Below are positions 1-9,299 of a stretch of 64,000 nt of DNA, in pieces (within the stretch, counting starts at the first letter, position 1; each line of letters begins with the position of its first letter). The stretch lies in IMG/VR virus record IMGVR_UViG_3300009431_000004, one strand, 5' to 3'. The stretch is from a virus. Under the pieces are notes generated by a model that saw only the letters and a program-made list of their open reading frames with translations, was not told the DNA's origin and did no database searches. A program made the translations under genes and the position numbers.

Positions 1-46
1 CCTTCTCCTTTGAGAGCTGTCGTGTCACTCTACCCAATGTCACCTC

Positions 47-388
47 TCAGGGGTCCACCATGGGCGGCGGGAACCAACTCCCTCCGCCCCGTGGCCCGCA
101 GGTTCTCACTCCGGCGGTGTTCTGGACCTTCTGAAAGTCGTCGCTGGCCTTCTTGTAGTCGATGGCCACGTCTACGGCGATTCCTTGGTCGCGCAGGCCG
201 TAGAGGCGGGTCTGTTCGTCGGGGAGCATGTTGGGGACGATACGGTCGAAGGAGGCCCGTGATTCCGGGACGGTGGTCAGCAGGTTGATGATGAGCCAAT
301 CTCCCAGAACAGGAGGGTTATCAGGGTCGCCTTCGACCCCAGCGAGTGCGTTCTCCCCGTTCTCGTAGTACCACCACTCGGCAGCCAT
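47..388 (-). CDS. hypothetical protein
   Basis: 113-aa ORF with phage-like GC3 codon use, preceded by a CTAT-type upstream motif at 424-427. Confidence 0.7.
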   Translation of the reverse strand: MAAEWWYYENGENALAGVEGDPDNPPVLGDWLIINLLTTVPESRASFDRIVPNMLPDEQTRLYGLRDQGIAVDVAIDYKKASDDFQKVQNTAGVRTCGPRGGGSWFPPPMVDP

Positions 389-448
389 ACCAGTCCATCC
401 GGCCAGTCCTACTTGGGGGAGCTATAGAAGAAAAAGTGGTGGGGGAGC

Positions 449-1258
449 CTAACCGTCGCTTCCGTCGTCCTCGTCGCCATCGTCTTCGTTCCCGAAGTCG
501 AGGATTTCGTCGATGTTCAGTTCGTCGGCGTCGTCCACAATCTGGCGGAGGTCCGGCTTGTCGTCGCCCTCCTTCTCGTCCTCGCTCGGCTCGGGGGTGG
601 GCTTGCCGTTGGTCGGTTCCTCTGCGGGAGCCTCCGCCTCCGGCTCGGGGGTCGGGGCGGGTTCCGTGAGGTCGTCCGGCAGCACCGGGTCGTCGAAGGG
701 GAGGTCCGTGTTCGGTTTGGGGGCCGCATCGGCCTCGGGGGTGGGCTTGATGATTGTGACCGGGCCGATGGCCGGGGCGGTCTTCCGCATCTTGCGCTGT
801 GGGTTCTTGTGCTTCCCTTCCTCCGCCTCGATGGTCTGCAACAGCTCCCGGCGTCTGCGCCCGAAAGGCTTGGGGTCGAGGCCCACCTTCTCCGCCCGTT
901 CCCGCAGTTCCTTGAGGGAGGGCAGGACAGAGGTCCACCCGCGCTTGTCGGAGTCCTCCGCCTCGGCCTTCTGGCCGTAGGTGATTTCGAGCAGGACCAC
1001 CCCGCCGTCATCAACCAAAATGTGGGGCTGGCCCCTGCGCCCGATGGCCCGTGCAGCGGCCTGTGCAACCGTCGGGGTCAATGGGTTCTTCTCGATAACG
1101 TCCCGTGCCAGCTCCACCGCTCCCCGTAACTCCTCGCGGGCGGCTTCGAGCCGTTCGGCTACGCTGCGGGCGTCGGGGTAGGTGGGGTCCGGGGCTGAAA
1201 GCAGACTTTCAGCCCAATCGCTCCGCAGGGTTTCTCGATGTGGTTTCGCGTGTCCCAT
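449..1258 (-). CDS. hypothetical protein with possible HeH/Rho-N-like helical motif and Pro/acidic disordered tail
   Basis: GGAGGAG RBS before ATG; LPSLKELRERAEKVGL..GRRRRELLQTIE; Asp/Glu-rich C-terminus. Confidence 0.75.
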   Translation of the reverse strand: MGHAKPHRETLRSDWAESLLSAPDPTYPDARSVAERLEAAREELRGAVELARDVIEKNPLTPTVAQAAARAIGRRGQPHILVDDGGVVLLEITYGQKAEAEDSDKRGWTSVLPSLKELRERAEKVGLDPKPFGRRRRELLQTIEAEEGKHKNPQRKMRKTAPAIGPVTIIKPTPEADAAPKPNTDLPFDDPVLPDDLTEPAPTPEPEAEAPAEEPTNGKPTPEPSEDEKEGDDKPDLRQIVDDADELNIDEILDFGNEDDGDEDDGSDG

Positions 1259-1420
1259 GAATCTCCTCCGGTTGCCCGGCCTGTAACTTTTACCCCATCG
1301 AGTTAGGGATGGACCCCCCAGAAAGTCGGAGAAGGCACGATTCTATTGTAAAAGTTTCTGCTAGGGGGTATCACCGGCCAGATTTTGGGGTAGATTAGAT
1401 GAAACTTTGGAGGAAACAGG
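1259..1420. promoter_or_regulatory. divergent promoter region with GGGGGT-N16/17-GGGGTA motif on both strands
   Basis: (+) GGGGGT-N17-GGGGTAGA with GGGTA at 1388-1392; (-) GGGGGT-N16-GGGGTAAA with TACCC at 1291-1295; AT-rich centre. Confidence 0.55.
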
Positions 1421-2047
1421 ATGCCTCGTTACCCGGACCTCGCTCATCGCCCCCTGTGCTTCTTGGACACGGAGACGACGGGCCTTGACCCCGAAGTCCA
1501 TGAACTCCTCGAAGTCGCGTGCGTCCTCGACAACCCGCGCACGAGCTTCCCGATGGCGTTCTTCGAGAAGAAGGTCAAGCCGGAGCGCATCGAGGATGCC
1601 AACCAGAAGGCACTGGAAATGAATGGGTACACCGAGGCGGAGTGGGCGAACGCCACTCCTGTCGGGGAGATGCTGAAGGAACTCGCCTGCTTCGCCTCCA
1701 TCGCGGTCGTCATCGGTCACAATGTCCGCTTTGACATGAGCTTCATCAACGCCGCCTTCAAGCGGAAGAACATCCAAGGCCGCTTCGACTACCACCTCGT
1801 GGACACCGTGACGCTGGCCTACGAGCATCTCGTCCCGCTGGGCCTCATGAGCCTGTCTCTCACCAACATCTGTATCTTCCTCGGCATCAAGCCGGGAGGC
1901 CACAGGGCGATGAGCGATGCGAAAGCCTGTCGGGAGGTCTACTACGCGCTGGTGCGTGCTGGCTGGCTCCGGCGGCGCTGGTGGTGGTTCAGGAACAAGG
2001 TCCGCAACGTCATCACGGCCCAGAGAGAGCTATTCAAGCCCAAGTAG
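1421..2047 (+). CDS. DEDDh 3'-5' exonuclease (DnaQ/epsilon-like)
   Basis: ExoI FLDTETTGL, ExoII GHNVRFD, ExoIII HRAMSDA; GGAGG RBS. Confidence 0.92.
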   Translation: MPRYPDLAHRPLCFLDTETTGLDPEVHELLEVACVLDNPRTSFPMAFFEKKVKPERIEDANQKALEMNGYTEAEWANATPVGEMLKELACFASIAVVIGHNVRFDMSFINAAFKRKNIQGRFDYHLVDTVTLAYEHLVPLGLMSLSLTNICIFLGIKPGGHRAMSDAKACREVYYALVRAGWLRRRWWWFRNKVRNVITAQRELFKPK

Positions 2048-2272
2048 CTTGCGTCTTTCCGCTGCTTGCGTCGGGTCTTCCTGCTCGGTGAACACCTCGA
2101 CCTTGGCCCCCAGAGTCCGCATCATCTTGGCGACGGCATTTGCCACCTTCGAGTCCCCGCAGAGCTTCCAGACGGTTGTGCGTCCTTCGTGGACGAGGGG
2201 CGGGTTCTGGGGGAGGGTGATTCGGAACTCTTGACCGCCGATGATGCGAAAAGTCCAGACTTTCGCGCTCAA
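2030..2272 (-). CDS. hypothetical protein
   Basis: 80 aa, translationally coupled to the upstream ORF (TTGA overlap). Confidence 0.55.
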   Translation of the reverse strand: MSAKVWTFRIIGGQEFRITLPQNPPLVHEGRTTVWKLCGDSKVANAVAKMMRTLGAKVEVFTEQEDPTQAAERRKLLGLE

Positions 2273-2616
2273 GCCTCACCTATCTGGATGCTGCCTGTGG
2301 ACTTGTTCTCCCACATCGCAGCTTCTTTGGGTGTGACGGTCCCGTCCCAACCCAGATAGGCGATGTAGAAGGGCTGGTCGTCCGGCACGAACACCTTGTC
2401 TGTCGCGGCAGCCACGGAAACTTTGCCGGTGGCCAGCTTGGCGGTCCTCCCGGAGAACGGGGCTTCCCCCACGAGCGCCGACAGAATCTTAGCTGCGCTC
2501 ATAGCGACATCTGTAGAGGGACAGAGGACGACAACCCAGCCGCCATAACGCTTGGCGTGGGAGAGGATGTGGTTCAGGTCGGTGGTCAGGTTCATGTTCT
2601 GTGTGTCTTGGGCCAT
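2269..2616 (-). CDS. hypothetical protein
   Basis: 115 aa, GGAGG RBS, GGGTA motif upstream. Confidence 0.7.
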   Translation of the reverse strand: MAQDTQNMNLTTDLNHILSHAKRYGGWVVVLCPSTDVAMSAAKILSALVGEAPFSGRTAKLATGKVSVAAATDKVFVPDDQPFYIAYLGWDGTVTPKEAAMWENKSTGSIQIGEA

Positions 2617-2639
2617 GACAACCTCCTGCCCTGTCTACC

Positions 2640-3728
2640 CTATTGGGGTGCCCCGGCACCCAGTAGACGGCCCCGCCAGCCCACGGCGCGGTCCTCCAAG
2701 CGGTCGGCGGTGGTGACTTCGAGGATGAAATCCTTAGTACCTTCGGGTACTTGCTTGATAAGCGCCGCGACCAGCACGCAGGCAGCCGTGTCCACGATGG
2801 AGAAAGATTCCTGATGTGCAGCGGCTCCGCCCAGTGAGACTGTCCACTCGTGCAGGGCAACCGGCTCCTCTGCGGGGGTGGCCTTGTCGAAGTCGCGCTC
2901 GGTGATGGCCAGTCCTTTCTTCCGCAGGCCCTCGGCCACGAGATGCCGGACAGTAGCGACACCGGACCGACGACCTTGCGTCGTGGACAGGAACCCCCAT
3001 GCGGCTTGCTGGCGTTCCTTGGGGGTCATGAGCAACAGCTCTGCTCCCGTGGGCTTGGCGGTCTTGACAGGGGCCGGGACTTGACCCCGCCGGTACTCGG
3101 GGAGGTCCGTTTCGGCAGACCCCCTCAGCATGGCCGCTGTGTCGGGTGTCCCGTCGGCGGAGCGGACCAGCTCGCCATGTTTTTCAACGAGGGCGAGAGC
3201 TTGCTTGTCCCCCATGGCGACTTGCTCGATGAGCTGGCGGCGTCCGCCTTCGTGGGCCGCGACCTTCTCCCCCATCTCGTCGGCGGCCTTGTCCAGCATC
3301 CGGCCCACGGCGACCGGGTTCCGTGCGTCGGTGTCTACGGAGACAGAGGGGCGCACACCCTCTGTCATCTGTCCGGTTCGCAGTTCTGGCATGTCGCCGT
3401 CGAACTGGGCGCGTTCCGCGAGTGCCGCCTCGACGAGTGGGTTCATCCGCAAGAGGCCGTCGGGGCGGGACTGGAACAGGCCCTTGGGTACTTCCGAAAG
3501 CTCGTCAAGGGTCATCGTCGAGTACGGCTCGGTCAGAGCCAGCGCGAGCAGCTCTGACTCGACAGCGGGGTTCTCAATGGTGAAGGTGGCTATCGCCGCC
3601 ATGGCCTCCTCTTCGGTGATGAATCCTTCGGCTGCCCTGTCCATGATGTCTTTCAGGGCAGGGTGATTCTCGATGATTTTCTCAGCCAAAGCCGAGATAG
3701 TCCGGTAGAGGTCTTCATTCTTTAGCAT
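2640..3728 (-). CDS. hypothetical protein
   Basis: start revised to MLKNEDL (GGGAG RBS, overlapping the upstream stop); typical codon bias. Confidence 0.75.
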   Translation of the reverse strand: MLKNEDLYRTISALAEKIIENHPALKDIMDRAAEGFITEEEAMAAIATFTIENPAVESELLALALTEPYSTMTLDELSEVPKGLFQSRPDGLLRMNPLVEAALAERAQFDGDMPELRTGQMTEGVRPSVSVDTDARNPVAVGRMLDKAADEMGEKVAAHEGGRRQLIEQVAMGDKQALALVEKHGELVRSADGTPDTAAMLRGSAETDLPEYRRGQVPAPVKTAKPTGAELLLMTPKERQQAAWGFLSTTQGRRSGVATVRHLVAEGLRKKGLAITERDFDKATPAEEPVALHEWTVSLGGAAAHQESFSIVDTAACVLVAALIKQVPEGTKDFILEVTTADRLEDRAVGWRGRLLGAGAPQ

Positions 3729-4461
3729 CACCATCTCCCATGCGAACGGTTGCTCCGGGGGCGACCTTCTTGGTTCCTTTCTTGGGCGTCCACGCATCCC
3801 CATCCGCTCCGGGCTTCTTCTTCGCCGTCGGAGCCGGGCCGTCCCCGATGACGATACCCCGGTCCGGGACGGGGGTGTTGCCACGGCCCATGGTGGCCGG
3901 AGGGGGAGCCGCTTCGGGGCGTGCCTGCGGTTCGGGTTCCGGCTCCGCCGGGGCTTCCTCCTCGGATGGTTCCGCCCCGGCTTCTTCCTCCATGAGAGTC
4001 TCAGTCTCCGCCACGAAGTCCTGTGTGGCGGCCTCTGCCGGGTCCGGGAGATTAGGTTCTGCCTGCCCTTTCACCTTGGCCAGTTGCCGGACGGCATCGT
4101 CTACGTGGTTCGTGACCCCCACCTTGGCGACCTCGGACTCCCCGTCGTCGATGTCCACTTCGGGGACTTCCCAGTCGCCCGCCCGGTCGGCGGCTTCGAG
4201 CCGGATGGCCTCGCGGAAGCAGTCCTGAAAGTCCACAATCTTGGCGTACTTGGGATTCTCGCCTGCGGCAATCTGGGGCGAGCCGAAGAAACGGTCCACC
4301 TGTGTCGCCACACGGGCGCTGAACTTGTCGTCCGCCCACTTGGCATGGATGCAATCCGGGTTGCGGCAACGCTTACAGAATGTCTCCTGAAACGCATTGA
4401 AGTCACGTTCCGAACCGGGCGCGGACAGGTCGTCGATGCACTGGTCGAGGAGGTCAGCCAT
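3715..4461 (-). CDS. hypothetical protein with N-terminal Cys/His Zn-binding motif
   Basis: C..FCKRCRNPDCIH; acidic/Pro-rich C-terminal half. Confidence 0.75.
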   Translation of the reverse strand: MADLLDQCIDDLSAPGSERDFNAFQETFCKRCRNPDCIHAKWADDKFSARVATQVDRFFGSPQIAAGENPKYAKIVDFQDCFREAIRLEAADRAGDWEVPEVDIDDGESEVAKVGVTNHVDDAVRQLAKVKGQAEPNLPDPAEAATQDFVAETETLMEEEAGAEPSEEEAPAEPEPEPQARPEAAPPPATMGRGNTPVPDRGIVIGDGPAPTAKKKPGADGDAWTPKKGTKKVAPGATVRMGDGDAKE

Positions 4462-4867
4462 CTTTACCCCCTACGGGCTTCAGCGGCAACTGGGCCGTTC
4501 TGGACTTCTTCACCGTCAAGTGGGTGGGCGCTCTCCGACTCCGATTCTCCAAGGTCGGCAGGTCCACGATGGGGACAGGACCACTCCCGTCGAGCTTCCT
4601 CAGTGTCGGGTTTCCGTTGGCATCTAGAAAGCGGACATGCGGGCATTTTCGGCATCTCCTCCTGTTCATCTTCAGCAGGCCACAGATGCGTTTCCAGACC
4701 AGATACCGCTGGTAGTCTTCCTCCTCGATTTTCTTCGAGGCCCGGAGTTCCTCGATGGGAAATTCCAGCTCCATGATGGCGGCCTTCGGGGGGAAGGTTC
4801 GCCAATGGACACAGACGAGCCGGACACTCCCGAACTTGGCGATGGCCGCCCCCACTGTCCTCATCAT
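4454..4867 (-). CDS. hypothetical basic protein with Cys motif
   Basis: ICG...RCRKCPH; overlaps both neighbouring genes. Confidence 0.6.
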   Translation of the reverse strand: MMRTVGAAIAKFGSVRLVCVHWRTFPPKAAIMELEFPIEELRASKKIEEEDYQRYLVWKRICGLLKMNRRRCRKCPHVRFLDANGNPTLRKLDGSGPVPIVDLPTLENRSRRAPTHLTVKKSRTAQLPLKPVGGKDG

Positions 4868-5316
4868 TTGGAAAGCTCCTCAAGCTCCCGCCGCAGGCGA
4901 GCCTGTTCCTGTTTGAGTGCCTCCGCCCCAGCTCCGAGAGTCTGCTGCACAATCCCCCCAGACGCCACAGTCAGGAGAGCCTCGTCACTCTGGCGGAGGT
5001 CCTCCTGAACTTCCGCCAACCGAGCCAGCAGGGCCGCCTTACGAAGCATCTCGGGCTTGATGACCCCAGCGCCCTGCAAGACCTCGACGAGGTGTGTAAG
5101 GAGGGTCAAGTCCTTGGATACTTTACCAAGAGTGCGGGCCATTTGCTGCGGGGTGTTGTTGAAAAGCGGGCATCGGTCCGTGCTGCATGGGTCGGCGTCG
5201 CAATTCTCAGGGTCGCCCGAACAGGCGTCCGTACTGTCGAGGTCGATTCCGAGCGCCCCTTCCAGAATCCGAACCCGGCGTGTTAGCTCGGCTACATCAA
5301 GTGGCTCAGAGTCCAT
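4864..5316 (-). CDS. hypothetical coiled-coil protein with Cys-rich loop
   Basis: CSGDPENCDADPCSTDRC; heptad-like C-terminus; overlaps the polymerase stop. Confidence 0.7.
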   Translation of the reverse strand: MDSEPLDVAELTRRVRILEGALGIDLDSTDACSGDPENCDADPCSTDRCPLFNNTPQQMARTLGKVSKDLTLLTHLVEVLQGAGVIKPEMLRKAALLARLAEVQEDLRQSDEALLTVASGGIVQQTLGAGAEALKQEQARLRRELEELSK

Positions 5317-8194
5317 CCAGCTCCGCCAATGACATGAAATGATTGTAGTGGACCTGCACCTCTTCCCCGAAGGCTGCGGAGAGGTCCAGCGGGGTGCCGT
5401 CGTTGGCCAACAGCTTCAAGATGCGGGTTCCTCGGTCACGGGTCCGGGCAAGCACCCCTGCCAGTCTCTCCATTGTACCCACGGTGAGCGGTACGGTGAG
5501 ACGGAACTCGAACGCTTCACCCTCCGGGACGGGGATTTCCTCTGCCACTTGTGCGCCCGTCGCGGCTGTCTCCGGTGCGGGTTCGGCTGGACCGGAAGGG
5601 GCGCTCGGCGGGGGCTGGTCATCGTCTTCCCCGCCCACCCTGTTCATGGTCGAGGCAAGACTGGCATCGGCTGAAGCGGCTTCCTCCTCCCCGAACCACG
5701 GCACCAGCTCGTCCGGGTAGCATTGCAGGTCTTCCCAGCGGTGGCCGTCGGGGGTCTTCTTCGCGCCCTTGATTTTCTTGTTCCCGATGAACTTGACCTC
5801 TCCGAAGTGCATGGAGTTCAAGTCCCACGGCACCGTCCAGTCGTGGCCGATTTCCACGTCACAGGTGAGCGGGATGGGCCACTTGCGGTTGAGGACGTAG
5901 GGGTTGCGGGTCATGACCGGGATGATGGCCTTGATGGCTTCCTGCATCACGTCGCCGTCCATCTCGAAGACCAGCTCATCGTGCATGGTGATAATCATCA
6001 TCACCTTGTCGAGCCAGCCACGCTTCTTGCAGAGCTTGTAGACGAGGACCATGGCGGTCTTGGTGATGTCGGCGCTGGTCCCTTGAATCGGGCCGTTCAC
6101 GGAGTTGCGCTCGGCCTTGGACCGGAAGCCGCCATCTTGGTTGTTGATGTCCGGCACCGGATACTTGCGGCCCATGGCCGTCCGCACGAACCCGTGCTGC
6201 TTGGCGAAGGTGTGCTGGGTGTGCCACCAGCGTTTGAGGCCCAGATAGGTCCGGTCGAAGGCGTTTTTTATGCGCCAGCCCTCGTTCTTGTCCACGCCGG
6301 TCCTGCGGGATACAGCGGCCCCACCTCCGCCGTAGCACAGGAGGAAGTTAGTGGCCTTGGCATCGCCCCGGAGCGCCTTCCAGTTGTCCTTGGACATGGC
6401 GTCATCCCCGAACAGGGACAGAGCGGTCAGGGTGTGAAGGTCGCCAATCTTGTCGGAGCCGCAGTTGGGGCAGCGGGCCGGAGGGGGCATCGGCGTCCCT
6501 TCACCGTCACCCTTCTCGAAGGTCCGGTCGCATTCGGCGCAGTGGAAGAATTCCGCCAGCCACAGCGGCTCGTAGGACAGGTTGGTAACGAGGCGAAGCT
6601 CGACGCCCGCGTAGTCGATGGCCACGATGTACGCACCCTTCTTGCGGGCCGTGATGCACTCCCGCAGTCGGGTCATACACTCCGGGCGGTTCGGGTCGTA
6701 GGTGGCCGGGATGGATTGCAGGTTGACCTGCGGCCAGCCCTGAAGGTGGCCCCGGTTCTTGTCCTTGGCCGGGGTGGAGAACCGGCCCGTATCGACCTTG
6801 TGGCCGTTGAAGTTGATTCGCATCGTGTGGTTGTCGGGGTCGCACGCGAGGAGCATCGGGTTGAGGTAGCCGGACAACGCCTTGCTGACTTCCCTGAACC
6901 GCTTGATGAGGCCCATGAACGGGAACTTCTTGCCCGCCTCCTCGATGACGCGCTCGATTTCGTCCTTCGAGGTCTTGATTTGGCCACTCTTCTCCGTCAG
7001 GCGCAGACCCGGCACACCCATCTCGTCGAACATCTGCCCCAGTTGCTTCGGGGCGTTCACGTCGTAGATGAGCGGGAAGGTCTTGTTCCGGTTGTCGTCC
7101 TTGATTTTTCCCGGCGGGTCCGGGTACTCCGCCTTGCCTCTCGCCTCTGCCCGCTTGAGCTGCACCGGCAGAAGACTGTGGGGGTCGGTGGCGTCGAACT
7201 TTTTGGTGAGTGCCTTGTACTTGCCGGGCATCACGTTCCGGCCAAGGAGTTCGCTGGCCGCCCGGTAGACCTCCACGATGGAGTCGAACCATTCCTGCTG
7301 GCCGAGATTGACCAGTTCACGGACCTTCCCGATGTCAACGTGAATCTGGTTTCGCTCCATCCACCGGGTCGCGGCAACGCATCCCTTCTCAATCTGGTAG
7401 ACGATTTTCTGGTTGCGCCCGTCGGTGTCGTTGTTGAGGACCGGCGGGGCCAGCACGTCGTAGAGCAGCCACGTACAGATACCGTCGCCCCCGCCGTACC
7501 AGAGGACGCCTTGGTCGGTCGGGTCGAGGGTCGAGAAGTCGAGCTTATCCTTCGGCGTGTCCTCCGGGAACAGCTCGACCAGCTCCACTTGGTCGATTCC
7601 CAGCTCCACCTTGGACAGCGACTTGAGCCTCTTGTCCCGTTCACGGGAGTTGCGGAGGTAGGCGAGGATGAGGGTGTCCTCCCAGTGGCTCGGCTTGTCC
7701 CACTCGCCGTAGGGCTTTCCGCCGGGGAACTGAAGGAACTCTTGGTCGAACTTTCCGTTGTGGAAGATGGCGACCGTCTCGCCCGCATCGACGGCAGCAA
7801 TAAGCCGTCGGAACTCCTTGTCGAAGAGGGCCATGGGGATATTGCATTCGAGGGGAGTCCGACCACCAGTCTCGCTCACCCGGACGTGCCGGAGCGGAAC
7901 GTAGTAGCCGTTCACACCGTCCGGGGACAGGCAGACCCCCGCAATCTGGTCCACGGTCCGCCGGGTGCCATCGTCGAAGCACAGCACCCGGTTGTCGAGG
8001 CCCGACGTTTCCAAGTCGAGGGAGAATCGGTCAGCCGCGATGCAGGTGTCGATGAGGGCCGTGAGATTGTCCACCGTGGCAAGGGTGAACACCTTTTCGT
8101 CCATCCAGTCCCGATGCTTGACACCGGGGTTCTGGTAGTGGTCTGTCACCTCGAACGCTTCAGGAATCTGGGCATCCCGGTCATCGCCTGCCAT
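5306..8194 (-). CDS. polA: family A DNA polymerase with 3'-5' exonuclease domain (no 5'-3' exonuclease)
   Basis: SLDLETSGL, HNGKFD, DTGRFS, NLQSIP; motif A IDYAGVELR; motif B RGDAKATNFLLCYG; NGPIQGTSADI; motif C MHDELVFE. Confidence 0.97.
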   Translation of the reverse strand: MAGDDRDAQIPEAFEVTDHYQNPGVKHRDWMDEKVFTLATVDNLTALIDTCIAADRFSLDLETSGLDNRVLCFDDGTRRTVDQIAGVCLSPDGVNGYYVPLRHVRVSETGGRTPLECNIPMALFDKEFRRLIAAVDAGETVAIFHNGKFDQEFLQFPGGKPYGEWDKPSHWEDTLILAYLRNSRERDKRLKSLSKVELGIDQVELVELFPEDTPKDKLDFSTLDPTDQGVLWYGGGDGICTWLLYDVLAPPVLNNDTDGRNQKIVYQIEKGCVAATRWMERNQIHVDIGKVRELVNLGQQEWFDSIVEVYRAASELLGRNVMPGKYKALTKKFDATDPHSLLPVQLKRAEARGKAEYPDPPGKIKDDNRNKTFPLIYDVNAPKQLGQMFDEMGVPGLRLTEKSGQIKTSKDEIERVIEEAGKKFPFMGLIKRFREVSKALSGYLNPMLLACDPDNHTMRINFNGHKVDTGRFSTPAKDKNRGHLQGWPQVNLQSIPATYDPNRPECMTRLRECITARKKGAYIVAIDYAGVELRLVTNLSYEPLWLAEFFHCAECDRTFEKGDGEGTPMPPPARCPNCGSDKIGDLHTLTALSLFGDDAMSKDNWKALRGDAKATNFLLCYGGGGAAVSRRTGVDKNEGWRIKNAFDRTYLGLKRWWHTQHTFAKQHGFVRTAMGRKYPVPDINNQDGGFRSKAERNSVNGPIQGTSADITKTAMVLVYKLCKKRGWLDKVMMIITMHDELVFEMDGDVMQEAIKAIIPVMTRNPYVLNRKWPIPLTCDVEIGHDWTVPWDLNSMHFGEVKFIGNKKIKGAKKTPDGHRWEDLQCYPDELVPWFGEEEAASADASLASTMNRVGGEDDDQPPPSAPSGPAEPAPETAATGAQVAEEIPVPEGEAFEFRLTVPLTVGTMERLAGVLARTRDRGTRILKLLANDGTPLDLSAAFGEEVQVHYNHFMSLAELDGL

Positions 8195-8238
8195 CTCATC
8201 TCCGTGGTGTGGGGTGTCTCACAGTCCTCCTACCCGAA

Positions 8239-8673
8239 TTAGAGGCTGAACTCATCCCCTTCTACGATTACAATATACCGCCCTTCCCTCCACGCCAGCA
8301 CAACCACGCTGGCGGCGGCCTGAGCGTCCATATCCAGCCCCGGAGCCAGATAACAGTCCGGGACTTTCTTGCAGGGGTGGCATTTCTTCTCTGCCCGCAT
8401 CACGCAGGTCTTGATGTCCGCGCACAGTCGAGGTTCTGGGACGAGCCTCATCAGGCTGCGGGGGTCCGGCCCGATGGACTCCATCAGGGGCTTGGCGTGG
8501 CCGTGGATGGCGTTGGACAGGTTCTCCCCGGTCACAGTCGGGAAGAGGCTCTCCCACGCGGTCCCTCGAAGCGGCGCGAGGCATCCCCACGAGTCGCCCG
8601 CGACAGGGAGGGGCCGACCCAACAGCACGATGCCGAACTCGGGGGTGTCGAGGGTGTACTCGACGATTCTCAC
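8239..8673 (-). CDS. hypothetical Cys-rich protein
   Basis: start revised to the GTG overlapping the upstream stop (GTGA); CADIKTC..KKCHPC..PDC cluster. Confidence 0.7.
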   Translation of the reverse strand: MRIVEYTLDTPEFGIVLLGRPLPVAGDSWGCLAPLRGTAWESLFPTVTGENLSNAIHGHAKPLMESIGPDPRSLMRLVPEPRLCADIKTCVMRAEKKCHPCKKVPDCYLAPGLDMDAQAAASVVVLAWREGRYIVIVEGDEFSL

Positions 8674-9272
8674 ATCGCTTCCTTGGCGGCCAGCTCCAAC
8701 CGTCCGTAAAGTTCCTTGAGGGCCAGCCGTGCCTTCGTCTCGGGTATCAGCTCCTTCGTCAGCCAGTAGCAAAGCTGGTCAAGTCCCTCCCAGAACCTCA
8801 AAGTCATCGTCATCGGGAGGTCACGGTCCATGGTCAGGCTGTTGAGGAACGCCCGGTACTGCTTGGCGTCATCCTCGAAGCTCTTGGTCGTGTCCAATTT
8901 TGCAGCGAGGTCTTTCTGGGCCTGCTGGACCGGGGACAGCTCGTAGTCCTCCGGCTCGAAGGACATGGGGGTGAGGCCGTACTTCTTCTCCAACCAGTCG
9001 AGGGCCTGCATGAAAGTGAGGTCGTGCTTGGCCTGCACGGTGTCGATGGTGTCACGGGCGACACCACAGGCGAAGCAGTACCACGAGTTGCTTTCGGGGT
9101 AGATACGGGCGGAGGGCTTGTTGTCCAGCCCGTCCCCGTGCATGTCGCAGGGGAACTGCTCCTCCCGGTCGCCGCTGTCGCCTCGAACGGGGTATCCGAG
9201 GTCCAACAGAAGTTGGGCGATGGGAATGTCGTTCTTGACCCTATCCTTGCGTCGTTCGTTGCGTGTCGCCAT
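8670..9272 (-). CDS. CHC2 zinc-finger protein (primase Zn-binding domain, no TOPRIM domain)
   Basis: FPCDMH..DNKPSARIY..NSWYCFACG..DTID..FMQALDWL matches the DnaG N-terminal domain pattern. Confidence 0.88.
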   Translation of the reverse strand: MATRNERRKDRVKNDIPIAQLLLDLGYPVRGDSGDREEQFPCDMHGDGLDNKPSARIYPESNSWYCFACGVARDTIDTVQAKHDLTFMQALDWLEKKYGLTPMSFEPEDYELSPVQQAQKDLAAKLDTTKSFEDDAKQYRAFLNSLTMDRDLPMTMTLRFWEGLDQLCYWLTKELIPETKARLALKELYGRLELAAKEAM

Positions 9273-9299
9273 CGTCTTGCCCGGTAAGAGACATCTCTT

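Noticed and set aside
2269-2616. Helicase motif Ia-like VVVLCPS
   Set aside because: A single short motif without Walker A or B; insufficient for a call.
4465-4469. GGGTA upstream of 3715-4461 as a promoter
   Set aside because: It lacks the upstream G box and is too close to the ATG, so it is more likely part of the RBS. The sites at 16977 and 35862 also lack the G box and were not counted.
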